Position numbers and translations under genes: made by a program. This document shows, piece by piece, positions 39,195 to 52,689 of a stretch of DNA of 64,000 nucleotides; positions within the stretch are counted from its first letter, which is position 1; each line of letters begins with the position of its first letter. The DNA is from Patescibacteria group bacterium (GTDB taxonomy: Bacteria > Patescibacteriota > Microgenomatia > UBA1400 > UBA1449): contig JBMNOG010000006.1 in assembly GCA_050942955.1 (NCBI GenBank), positions 932 to 64,931 of the forward strand. The letters are read 5' to 3'. The notes under the pieces are model-generated. The model worked only from the letters and a program-made list of their open reading frames with translations. It had not been told where the DNA came from and did not search any database.

Positions 39195-41351
39195 TTACTG
39201 GTGCTCTGAAGAGACTACAGGCAGTTCAAACCAAAATGTGCTCCCTTTTCCTTTTTCTGAAACTACTCCGAGCTTACCATCAAATTTTTCAATTAAAAGC
39301 TTTGTAATGTATAGTCCTAAACCTGTTCCTAAAACCTTGCCAGCGCTTGATTCTGCTCTGAAAAATTTCTGGAAAAGTTTGTTCTGTTCATCCTGAGTCA
39401 TGCCGTACCCTGTATCCTTAACTTCAAAGCGAACAGTCTGTTCATCAGGTTGAGAAAGGGTAACAGCAATGCTTCCCTTATCAGTGTACTTAATAGCATT
39501 ACTAATGAAATTTGCCACCACTTCATAAATTCGATCTTGATCAACAAATACTTTGTCCTCAATATTCTTTGAAATATTTAAACTGAAATCTAATTCTTTA
39601 TTTCTTGCCTCAATTTTGAATTCTTCAAAAGCAGTTTTTACAATTGTGGCTAAATTGCACTTCCCCATCTGATAAACTAGTCTCCCTTCTTCAATTCTGG
39701 AGACATTGAGCATGTTATTCACCAAACGAATCTCTCTTTCCGCCCCCTCCAAAGCTCCTTCTAAATACTCCCTTACTTCCTTGGAGACTTTACCGGCATC
39801 ACCTTCATTAATCATTGAAAGGTAACCCTTAACCGCAGTTAGTGGAGCTCTTAACTCGTGAGCTGCAACTGAGATAAACTCATCCTTCCTTTTGTCAAGC
39901 TCTTTGAGCTTGCTATTAGCTTCTCGTAGTTGCTCTGTTGCCTCCTTGATCTTAATTTTCAATCTTTCGCTAAATTGCTGGATTTCGGTATACTGCAAAG
40001 CGTTTTGAATAGCTACAGCCAACTGGGGGCCAAGTATTTCCAGGGTTTTAATGTCTTTGCCTGTGTAAATACTTCCCGTCTTCTTATTCCCCAGTGCCAT
40101 TAGCCCCACAATCTCACCCTTGGACTTTAGCTGCACAAAACAACCAAAATCTCCTTTACGCATCACTTTCTTCAGACCTCCTTCTGGAATGTCATCAAAA
40201 ACAATTAAACTGCTTTTGTGGGCAATCAAATCCCGGTATTGTTTTAGAGAAATATTGTGTTCTTTTTCTCCGTTACCAACCTCTGCACAAAGATCAACTT
40301 TACGTTTTGTTACGACATAAAGTCTGCCAAAGTCTACATGAAACGTTCTACTAAGCTGCTGTAACACTCTTTTTGATAATTGCTTTAGTTCTAGTGTTGA
40401 ACCGAGAATAACTGAGATTCTTGAAAGCAGCTCTTGAGGATCATAGTTTTCCTGGAAAAATATCCTGTCTGTACTTTTCTCTAAAAATCTCCTTAAAGGT
40501 TGGAATGTATACGCAACAATCAGGGTCAGTAACACTGAGATCACCAACTGATTTCCATTCAAGGTACTCGGAAGAAGTAACTGCCCTACCCCATAAAGAG
40601 CTACAGTGTAAAAAGTGATAATAATAAGAGAGAGCAAGATGTATGACACCGTCCATGCCACTACCAAGCGGATGTCCATCAGGTGATGAGCTACGATAGC
40701 GTACACTGTGGCAATAACCATGAAAAAGGTAAAGTTAGGACCAAGTGCTACAAAGGTGTAGTTCTTAAACAGAAGAGGTATTGCCAAATTGAATATCAGC
40801 CCAAAGATAATACTGGTTACAGTACCCAGCAGGATGTACTTAATCTGCTGCTTAGAAACACCGGAAACCGCAAAATATTTCTTAACTAAAGTAATTGCCG
40901 CCCACCAAAAAAACGCAATCAGATACGCTGCGTATACATATATTCCTACCCCAGTAACAAGCGGCCGGCTCTCTCCAACAAATTCTATTCTTTCTAAAAC
41001 AAAACCAGGAATTGCAACCAGTGTAGTCAAAATAACAGTGGAGGCTAAAATAAATAGCTTAAGCCATTTCTTAATTTTCCCACTTGGGAAAACGTGTGTG
41101 AAATAGAGTTGGCCCGAAGCAATAGGAATTATACTGGCATATGATAAGATTGCCCAAAAATAAATCCATGTATATGTGTTTGAAAGTCTAAAAGCAAAAT
41201 TAGTAAATGCCCATAGGGCAATTCCAAGCAGAACTACAAAGAACGACCTGTTTATTTTGCTTTGGGGGTTATTAAGGAGAACAATTAAACCAAGTACAAA
41301 GTTAATTAACGTTGTAACAAGAAGCAAAGTTATTTGCCAGTCTACACCCAT
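39195..41351 (-). CDS. Sensor histidine kinase with an N-terminal 7TM receptor module, a GAF domain, HisKA and HATPase_c.
   Basis: Seven N-terminal TM helices, a central GAF-like region, an H-box VAAHELRAPLTAV and a G2 box GTGLGLYITKLL. Confidence 0.85.
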   Translation of the reverse strand: MGVDWQITLLLVTTLINFVLGLIVLLNNPQSKINRSFFVVLLGIALWAFTNFAFRLSNTYTWIYFWAILSYASIIPIASGQLYFTHVFPSGKIKKWLKLFILASTVILTTLVAIPGFVLERIEFVGESRPLVTGVGIYVYAAYLIAFFWWAAITLVKKYFAVSGVSKQQIKYILLGTVTSIIFGLIFNLAIPLLFKNYTFVALGPNFTFFMVIATVYAIVAHHLMDIRLVVAWTVSYILLSLIIITFYTVALYGVGQLLLPSTLNGNQLVISVLLTLIVAYTFQPLRRFLEKSTDRIFFQENYDPQELLSRISVILGSTLELKQLSKRVLQQLSRTFHVDFGRLYVVTKRKVDLCAEVGNGEKEHNISLKQYRDLIAHKSSLIVFDDIPEGGLKKVMRKGDFGCFVQLKSKGEIVGLMALGNKKTGSIYTGKDIKTLEILGPQLAVAIQNALQYTEIQQFSERLKIKIKEATEQLREANSKLKELDKRKDEFISVAAHELRAPLTAVKGYLSMINEGDAGKVSKEVREYLEGALEGAEREIRLVNNMLNVSRIEEGRLVYQMGKCNLATIVKTAFEEFKIEARNKELDFSLNISKNIEDKVFVDQDRIYEVVANFISNAIKYTDKGSIAVTLSQPDEQTVRFEVKDTGYGMTQDEQNKLFQKFFRAESSAGKVLGTGLGLYITKLLIEKFDGKLGVVSEKGKGSTFWFELPVVSSEHQ

Positions 41352-41398
41352 ATATCACTAATTGTAGCAGCTATATTTCTGTTTAAGTAGGTATAGTC

Positions 41399-42193
41399 TT
41401 ACTTTTCGGAAGATTTTAAAGGAGGTTGAGGACATCCCTCCAGAAACCATGCCAGTAGTTTTGGGTTTTTATCTGTCATATTAGTTTTTGCTTCTTCGCT
41501 ACTCATAGTTGAAGCAACGTTAATTTTATCTTTAGCATGGAACTTGTGCTCTACTCCAATTTGCTTAAAAGGGAAACCATATCTTTGAAGAAGCTTCAGT
41601 AAACCTCTGGTCGTTACGATGTACCACTCATCTCTTCCTGTAGCAATAGAGAAATGGTAAGCTGCTTTGTAAAGACACATAGCAGCTTTGTTTCCCTCAG
41701 AAGATTGCCTGAGGTCTTTTTCTACTGCAATCCGAGTTACTTCAAAAGAGTTGTTAGGGTCGTCGTGCCACTCACACTCTGCTTCATTGGGAACCATTTC
41801 TTTAAACGGGCCATCTAACATAAATCCTTTGCCATTAGCAGTGGGGGTTATGAGTCTTACGTACCCAGCCAGCTCCCCTAGCCTATCTTTGTGAAATAAA
41901 CCAATATGAATAGCTGTTTCATCATAATCGTCACTTTTCATCTCTTGTTCTGGGGTTACCCAACCAAGCTCATCAGCAAATACAGCAGTCCGTAGTTGGT
42001 GAATTTTCCTTTTCATTTCTGAATTTGAGTAATCAAGCTGGGAAACCTCAAATGGTCCATCAGTAAATTCAATCCTCTCAGGCAAAGCCTGTCTATTTTC
42101 AAGGATTAATCGAAGATCGCTACTAACATCACTTTCTACAGTAGCCTCTTCTGTTTCAGGAAGAATAACATCCGTTTCCATACGCAGAGTCAT
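41399..42193 (-). CDS. LuxI-family (autoinducer synthase-like GNAT-fold N-acyltransferase) protein with N- and C-terminal extensions.
   Basis: Matches the LuxI-family signature blocks: LRTAVFADELGWVT (RxxxFxxxLGW), SDDYDE (acidic D-x-x-D), YVRLITPTANGKGFML (RLLPT block), FEVTRIAV (E-x-x-R) and the C-terminal YIVTTRGLLKLLQRYGF block. Confidence 0.6.
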   Translation of the reverse strand: MTLRMETDVILPETEEATVESDVSSDLRLILENRQALPERIEFTDGPFEVSQLDYSNSEMKRKIHQLRTAVFADELGWVTPEQEMKSDDYDETAIHIGLFHKDRLGELAGYVRLITPTANGKGFMLDGPFKEMVPNEAECEWHDDPNNSFEVTRIAVEKDLRQSSEGNKAAMCLYKAAYHFSIATGRDEWYIVTTRGLLKLLQRYGFPFKQIGVEHKFHAKDKINVASTMSSEEAKTNMTDKNPKLLAWFLEGCPQPPLKSSEK

Positions 42194-42282
42194 TTAGTAG
42201 TGCTATTTATTAACAGTAAAGACTTATAGTAATCTTTATACCAGAATACTCACTGAAAGCTTTGTTTGCAACACCTTATTAA

Positions 42283-42315
42283 AAAGCCCTGCAGATTGCA
42301 GGGCTTTTTAATAAC
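42283..42315. terminator. Bidirectional rho-independent terminator.
   Basis: AAAAAGCCCTGCAGATTGCAGGGCTTTTTAATAA: a perfect 9-bp GC stem with flanking A- and T-runs. It separates the rpsA unit from the luxI-like/HK/RR unit. Confidence 0.75.
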
Positions 42316-42335
42316 TATGTAATTATCTTTAGGGC

Positions 42336-42484
42336 TTACTCCTCTTCATCCTTCATACTCTCAAAATACTCTGAGAGTTCTTGTTCGACTTTTTCCCAAT
42401 CCCCCTTTTCTTCCCTGATCGCCTTAAAAACAAGCCTGAAGTCAATGAGAATGGTTTTGTCTGTTACAATCATTTTTTGACTCA
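42336..42484 (-). CDS. Small acidic hypothetical protein (49 aa), below the ORF-track length cutoff.
   Basis: ATG at 42482-42484 to TAA gives MSQKMIVTDKTILIDFRLVFKAIREEKGDWEKVEQELSEYFESMKDEEE. It lies between rpsA and the terminator. Support is weak. Confidence 0.3.
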
Positions 42485-42496
42485 TATATTCTCCTA

Positions 42497-43966
42497 TTAC
42501 TTGTACCCTACTGGCTTAGCTGAAAGCACCATTCCTAAGCTAATCCGGTGATTGTCAGCATCCAGAGATTCAATGTAGACATCTACTACCTCTCCGACTT
42601 TAACATCAGCATCAGATGGGATCTTGGAAATATGAATTAAGCCCTCAATACCCTTTTCAATCTCAACAAAAGCCCCAAATGGAGCCAAGCGGGTAATAGT
42701 ACCTTTTGTCTTGGTATCGGTAGGATACTTCTTGGCAATTTCTTTCCAGGGATCTTCCTGCAACCGCTTGATGGAGAGGTTGAGCTTACCACTATCTTCA
42801 TCGACATCAATCAACTGGACATCAACCATGTCACCGACTTTAAAGAGTTTGGCAACATCGTTAACTTTTTCCCAGGAAATCTCTGAAATGTGGACCAAGC
42901 CATCCAAGAAGGGACTGTCTGCCTTTTCCGGCTCGAGCATAACTCTGACAAAAATACCAAATGGCATAACTCCGGAAACCTGGCCTTTGTATGTTTCTCC
43001 GACTTTAACTTCAGACAAAAGCTCACCCTGCCGGTCTAAAATATCAGACTCAGATACTGCTTTTTCAGAAAAAATAAGGCGGTTCTTTTCCCGATCCACC
43101 TCGATAACTTTTACCGGGAAAACCTTGTTGTAGAGCTGGTCAAGCTTACCTACCCACTGTCTTCCAAACTGGGAAACAGGGATAAAACCGCGGACATTCA
43201 TAAGTCTGGCAATCATGCCACCTTTGTTAATATCCAGCCCTCTTACCTCTACTTCTTCACCTGTTTCAAGGTATTTATCAAACAATTTCCACTTCCAGTC
43301 ATTAGCGGCCCTGGAAAGAGAAAGGAGAATCTGGCCTTTCTCATTTTCCGGAGAAACAACGGTGGTTAAAACCGTATCACCGACATTAAGAAAGTTAATA
43401 TAGTCTTCAACATACTCCATCTCTTTCTCAATAAGAATACCTTCGGTTTTTGCTCCAATATCAAAAAAGACAGTTCTCTTGCCTTTGTCTGTAATAGTGG
43501 CTTTGACTTCCTGACCTTTTTTAAGACCACGAAGCTCATACCCTGTCATTTCAATAAGCTCATCCATGGAATTGGGCTGGGTTTTTAAGCCTTTACCCTC
43601 AAATGGATCTATCCTCTCTTTCAGGGTTTCTTCAATTACCGAGCGGGCCAAGGTCTCATTGGCTTTATTCTCTGTTGGAGGTTGTGCAGTTTTTTTATCA
43701 TCTGCAGCTTTAGCTTCAACTTCTTTAGCAACTTCTTCCTTTTTAGAAGTCTTGCTTTCTTTTTTAACAGTCTTTTTAGCAGACTTTTTCTCTTTGTCTT
43801 TAGGGGTAGTTTCTTTAATGGGCTTTGTAACCTTGACGGTCTTAGCAGTTTTCGTTTTAGCGGTTTCTGCTTTTTTTGTTTTCGCAGCTGCCGTAACTTC
43901 TTTCTCCTCCTTTTTTATTTGCGTTTTTTTTGCAGTTTCTTCTGCTTTTGTGGTTTTTTTAGCCAT
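42497..43966 (-). CDS. rpsA: 30S ribosomal protein S1 with a lysine/alanine-rich (histone-H1-like) N-terminal extension of about 110 aa.
   Basis: Four S1 RNA-binding domains with repeated GxxVxGxV...G..GFV motifs. The N-terminal KKTTKAEETAKKTQIKK... segment is low-complexity and basic. Confidence 0.85.
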   Translation of the reverse strand: MAKKTTKAEETAKKTQIKKEEKEVTAAAKTKKAETAKTKTAKTVKVTKPIKETTPKDKEKKSAKKTVKKESKTSKKEEVAKEVEAKAADDKKTAQPPTENKANETLARSVIEETLKERIDPFEGKGLKTQPNSMDELIEMTGYELRGLKKGQEVKATITDKGKRTVFFDIGAKTEGILIEKEMEYVEDYINFLNVGDTVLTTVVSPENEKGQILLSLSRAANDWKWKLFDKYLETGEEVEVRGLDINKGGMIARLMNVRGFIPVSQFGRQWVGKLDQLYNKVFPVKVIEVDREKNRLIFSEKAVSESDILDRQGELLSEVKVGETYKGQVSGVMPFGIFVRVMLEPEKADSPFLDGLVHISEISWEKVNDVAKLFKVGDMVDVQLIDVDEDSGKLNLSIKRLQEDPWKEIAKKYPTDTKTKGTITRLAPFGAFVEIEKGIEGLIHISKIPSDADVKVGEVVDVYIESLDADNHRISLGMVLSAKPVGYK

Positions 43967-44136
43967 ATTTCAATAACCTTTCTTTAGGATAGTCTTTAAA
44001 GCCTGATTTTCTCCGCCTTAAAGAAAAACAAACATCACGATCAGTTTCACTAGTAACATTACTGATAGGTGTGACGTTACGCTGGTATTATACCAAATTG
44101 GAGTCGACCTTTCGTTTGAAATTGCACTTTGAACAG

Positions 44137-44433
44137 TTACTGTAATAAGTACTGCAAGAAGGTTACAAGGCCGCTAAAAATACTTCTCAGAAGCGGGATT
44201 GAAGCAGGAATTAGGATAATTAGCAGTAGCAACCAAATAAAATTTTTCTTAACCAGATCTACTACCGCAATCACAATAGCAACAAAAATTGCCAAGGAAA
44301 TAAGCCATTGAATCTGGGACGGGAAAATACCTATAAACTGACTGTAAATTGATATTAGCTGGTCAATTAAAGACATGGTTTCATTATAGCTAACAGTGGT
44401 GAAGATTTTAAGAATAACTATGCCTTGCTTCAC
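44137..44433 (-). CDS. Small membrane protein (2 TM helices), hypothetical. The start is uncertain (possibly the internal Met at residue 20).
   Basis: 98-aa hydrophobic ORF. Its 5' end overlaps the divergent gene by 9 nt if the longest start is used. Confidence 0.35.
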   Translation of the reverse strand: MKQGIVILKIFTTVSYNETMSLIDQLISIYSQFIGIFPSQIQWLISLAIFVAIVIAVVDLVKKNFIWLLLLIILIPASIPLLRSIFSGLVTFLQYLLQ

Positions 44434-45024
44434 CCCCCTTTCACAGAAGATTTGCTAAAACTTGAGATTGAAATGGACCAGTATTTTCCTTTAATTATTA
44501 TTACTTCTCTAAGGCTGTTAATCCCTTTAATAATTCTGAGGAAACCGTTTTTAGGAGGTTTAGCTTCTTTTTTGTTGGATTTTGCCGATCTCGGTTTCCT
44601 TAATCTTTTTGGTATTGAGTACTATGATTTTCCTCCATACCAGCTTTGGGACAAAATTCTGGACATGTACTACCTGTTTCTCGCCTTTTACGTGTCTTTA
44701 AGTTGGCACAATCCCGTTACTAGGAAGACTAGCATTATTCTGTTTCTACACAGACTCTTAGGTTTTATTCTGTTTTTGGTCACAAGAAGAGACTTATTTT
44801 TGTTTCTGCTTCCCAATGTCTTTGAGTATTTTTACCTCTACTATTTGGGGTATCTTTTTCTTTTTAAGAATGATCCCTTTACTTCATTTAGGAAACTGGC
44901 AGTACCTGTCTTCATAATAATTGGGGCAAAAATTATTCAGGAATATGTTCTTCACATTGGAAGACAGCCAGTATGGCAGTGGGTAAAAACATTGGGACAA
45001 TCTCTGGTAAATGCAATAAGATAG
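44425..45024 (+). CDS. Integral membrane protein, hypothetical. An alternative start is at Met17 (position 44473).
   Basis: 199-aa protein with 5-6 TM helices and a Phe/Tyr-rich composition. It ends just before the rRNA-operon terminator hairpin. Confidence 0.45.
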   Translation: MLHPPFTEDLLKLEIEMDQYFPLIIITSLRLLIPLIILRKPFLGGLASFLLDFADLGFLNLFGIEYYDFPPYQLWDKILDMYYLFLAFYVSLSWHNPVTRKTSIILFLHRLLGFILFLVTRRDLFLFLLPNVFEYFYLYYLGYLFLFKNDPFTSFRKLAVPVFIIIGAKIIQEYVLHIGRQPVWQWVKTLGQSLVNAIR

Positions 45025-45030
45025 TTTGGG

Positions 45031-45062
45031 CATAAAAAACCCTGACACTGTCATTGTCAGGG
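45031..45062 (-). terminator. Rho-independent terminator at the end of the 23S-5S rRNA unit.
   Basis: On the minus strand, CCCTGACAATGACAGTGTCAGGG (8-bp stem) is followed by TTTTTTATG. It is also positioned to stop the convergent plus-strand membrane-protein gene. Confidence 0.7.
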
Positions 45063-45069
45063 TAAAATA

Positions 45070-45210
45070 CTTGACTTCCCTGTTCCGGCTTCGACCTATT
45101 TTCACAATGGGTTGCCCCACTACTATCGTCGGCGCTGAGGCGTTTAACGACTCTGTTCGGAATGGGAAGAGGTGGTGCCACCTCGCTCCAGAAACCGGAA
45201 CACGAAAGTC
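45070..45210 (-). rRNA. rrf: 5S ribosomal RNA (boundaries approximate, +/-10 nt).
   Basis: The reverse complement contains GTGTTCCGGTTTCTGGAGCGAGGTGGCACCACCTCTTCCCATTCCGAACAGAG...GCGCCGACGATAGTAGTGGGG, a 5S-typical helix I/loop C/loop E signature. It lies directly downstream of 23S. Confidence 0.8.
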
Positions 45211-45344
45211 AAGCTGAGTAATTTTCAATGTTCAGTGAATAACCTAATACCCAATTATTTGAAAATTGATAATTGTTAATTAATCATTAGCCCAAAGGGC
45301 TTTTTGCTCCTTTAAAAGTGAATAGAAGTTTACAGTAGGAAATG

Positions 45345-48310
<2,966 letters not shown>

Positions 48311-48504
48311 ACAAATAGCAAATGACAATCAAGATTACATTTGCCTACATCTTCTATTCACTTTTAAAAGAGCCAAAATCTCGCCAGCTAAATTGCAAAA
48401 ACACCAGTTTTTCTCAATCTGCCAGTCTGATTTCCTAACTCTTCAGTAGTTAGTCATTGCCGGCTAATAGTGCTTACTAACCTCCAATAACTAACAACCA
48501 AATG

Positions 48505-48577
48505 TGGACCGTGGGAGGATCGAACTCCCGACCTCTACATTGCAAATGTAGCGCTCTCCCAGCTGAGCTAACGGCCC
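48505..48577 (-). tRNA. tRNA-Ala(UGC) in the rRNA spacer.
   Basis: Reverse complement GGGCCGTTAGCTCAGCTGGGAGAGCGCTACATTTGCAATGTAGAGGTCGGGAGTTCGATCCTCCCACGGTCCA. It has the G3:U70 pair and anticodon TGC. Confidence 0.9.
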
Positions 48578-49099
48578 AGATAAGTTCCTATCATCTAAAC
48601 CCTAGATTGCCAGTTTTACCTAAAAGATACTTCTGGCTCAGCTGCCAGCTGATCCCATTTTAGCGGGACAAGGCTAACGGCCCAGAGTCTGTCCTCTTTG
48701 TATATCCACGTATATTAAAAGTGCTCTTGTGGCCCTAACTCTTTCTGAGACATGGCCAAAACTAAAAAAGTCTCCGTTAGGAGACTTGTAAAACCATGCA
48801 CTAAGCCAAAATCACCACCGCCAGCGACAAAATTGTTCAAATTTTGAATGAGACGATGTTGTTGTGATTAATGTTTTAGGCATGCAGAGTAAATCTCCTA
48901 ACATCTATACCGTATTCTATCAGACAAGTTGCCACCAAGTCAACGGATATTATTGATCAATTTAAAGATCTGTCAGATCTTAAATGGCTTATTCAGCTTC
49001 ATCCATTCATCAACTAAAAGATCAGGTGAGCTTGCCCATCGAAGGATCGGGCATGGAACACGGCTGAATAAGCTAACGTGGAGTAGCCTGATCCATAGG

Positions 49100-49173
49100 T
49101 GGGTGATCTTGGAGTCGAACCAAGGACCTCAGTCTTATCAGGACTGCGCTCTAACCAACTGAGCTAATCACCC
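49100..49173 (-). tRNA. tRNA-Ile(GAU) in the rRNA spacer.
   Basis: Reverse complement GGGTGATTAGCTCAGTTGGTTAGAGCGCAGTCCTGATAAGACTGAGGTCCTTGGTTCGACTCCAAGATCACCCA. The anticodon loop is CTGATAA (GAT). Confidence 0.9.
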
Positions 49174-49467
49174 AGGGATTCTTCTGTCTAGATATATACC
49201 TCAACAAAGAACTCTCTATTTTACCATGTTTTAAAAACCTTGGGCAGTCATTATATCATTCAAACTCAAAAAACTTCTCCACCATTGAAGCACCAGGATA
49301 CCAAAGATGTATATTGTGTTAGGCAAATAAATTGAGTACATTTTTTCTTGAGTAAAATTCAGAAACTTGCACTTGATACTTATAGTAGAATTATAAGGAT
49401 AGTTCACTCCTTCTTCATATACTTTAACTATAATTATTGAAAACATTACTAAATTAATGGAGATACC

Positions 49468-50085
49468 ATGGCTTTTACCCTTCCTCCACTTCCCTATGAT
49501 TACAATGCGCTTGAGCCTTCAATTGATGAAGAAACAATGCATTTTCATCATGATAAACATCACCAAGGGTATTTAAATAAGTTTAATGATGCCTTAAAGA
49601 AATATCCGGAGTGGCAAGAAAAATCTCTTGAAGAGATTATGGCTAACTTGGAAAAGCTGCCAGAAGAAGTAAAGACAACTGTCCGAAACAATGGTGGCGG
49701 CTACTACAACCATAATCTGTTTTGGGAAGTGATGAAGCCCGACGGCAGTGAGCCATCAAAAGAGATGCTCGCTATTTTAGAAAGCCGTTTTGGCGGCTTA
49801 AAAGAGTTTCAGGATGAGTTCAGTGCTATTGCCGCCAATCACTTTGCCAGCGGCTGGGCGTGGCTGGCTATGAAACCTAACGGCACCCTTACCCTCTATT
49901 CTACTGCCGGACACGATAACCCTCTCATGGTGGGTGAAAAACCTTTGTTAGTTTTAGATGTCTGGGAACATGCCTACTACCTTAAGTATAAAAATGACAG
50001 GGCTGAGTTTATTCGTAATTGGTGGAAGGTGGTTAACTGGGGGAAAGTTGAAGAGAATTATAATAAAGCAAAGGAGACCTTGTGA
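49468..50085 (+). CDS. sodA: Fe/Mn-type superoxide dismutase.
   Basis: Metal ligands and motifs FHHDKHHQGY and DVWEHAYY. 205 aa. SD-like GGAGATACC lies upstream. The gene sits inside the 16S-23S spacer on the strand opposite the rRNA genes. Confidence 0.9.
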   Translation: MAFTLPPLPYDYNALEPSIDEETMHFHHDKHHQGYLNKFNDALKKYPEWQEKSLEEIMANLEKLPEEVKTTVRNNGGGYYNHNLFWEVMKPDGSEPSKEMLAILESRFGGLKEFQDEFSAIAANHFASGWAWLAMKPNGTLTLYSTAGHDNPLMVGEKPLLVLDVWEHAYYLKYKNDRAEFIRNWWKVVNWGKVEENYNKAKETL

Positions 50086-50151
50086 TAACTAGGTAACTCT
50101 CTCCTCTCTATTCATATCTATTTATACATTTTATTAATAAAATGTATAAAC

Positions 50152-50179
50152 AAAAAAACCACCCGCTTGGGTGGTTTTT
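50152..50179. terminator. Bidirectional rho-independent terminator between sodA (+) and 16S (-).
   Basis: AAAAAAACCACCCGCTTGGGTGGTTTTTAAG: a GC stem with an A7 run on one side and a T5 run on the other. It is preceded by an AT-rich perfect palindrome TTTATACATTTTATTAATAAAATGTATAAA (50123-50151). Confidence 0.75.
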
Positions 50180-50310
50180 AAGAGAATGCAAGATGTGGAA
50201 GAAAAGCCTGTTAATCCTGGAGTTTGATCGGGAAAGAATCTTCCCTTATTGTTTCTTCTGATATTACTACCAGAATGGAAAATCCCGCGTGAGAGGGATT
50301 TACCAAAACT

Positions 50311-51828
<1,518 letters not shown>

Positions 51829-52032
51829 AAAAAAGTTCCCGCAATAGGCGGGACTATTTCTGAGTAAAGGAATTAACAGGTAAATTCAGATCCGCCAACT
51901 GGCAGATCGAATGATTTCTTCCACATCTTGCACTCCCGTTAGGGTCGTCTAAGCTTGCTAGCTTGAAAGTGAAGACAGGTTTAAAGTACAGATGTGATCG
52001 TAGTATTAACTTGTTAATGTACTCAAACAGTC

Positions 52033-52060
52033 AAAAAACCCACCAGTTGGTGGGTTTTCA
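52033..52060. other. GC-stem hairpin (terminator-like) about 200 nt upstream of the 16S 5' end.
   Basis: AAAAAACCCACCAGTTGGTGGGTTTTC, near-identical in sequence to the hairpin at 50152-50179 on the other side of the 16S gene. Confidence 0.5.
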
Positions 52061-52689
52061 AAACGTCACAAACTGGTAGTTTACTTCAGTTAATCATAAT
52101 TGATTTTAACTGCATATATCTTACCAAGCCCATTTTACAAAGTCAACAGACATATTGGGCTTGCATAAAAGCAGCTGCAATGATCTTTTCAACCGATTAT
52201 GTCGTCTTTTTTAAATCCATCTTTTTGGGAATATGCAAAAAGAATAGGAAATATTTCCAGAAATACACTCTTCTAGTAAAATATATATCAAGAAATCACA
52301 GACAAACTTCCCCGCATTATAAGAGATAGCACTCCCTTCATCAGCTTTAATCTTTAAATTAGAAATTAGTAAATAAACAATCGGATCCAGTTTCTACAAT
52401 CTTCTTTTCTTATAGATTTTCTTGTTCACTCCCAAAACTGTTCACTGCCTTTTTCTCAATTCGTATCTTTTCGCCTCTAGAACATTGCCTCAATCAAAAG
52501 ATAATGTCAGGCTCGTAGAATTCCATTAAGTTTAAAAATACTTGCTTATTAAATTCGGTTTGTAAAAGTATCCGAAATACGCCTTCTCTCTAATGTTCTT
52601 TATACTTCTTCACTGATATTCGTATTGTCTCTCTTAAACGGTCTAAAGGCGTAAATTAGTATTTTCTTCATAACAAAGAGGTTATGTTC

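Noticed and set aside
43566-43987. Two plus-strand ORFs (136 and 101 aa) with F/S/L-rich low-complexity translations.
   Set aside because: They are antisense to the lysine-codon-rich (AAG/AAA) N-terminal tail of rpsA. The complementary TTT/CTT repeats create stop-free frames.
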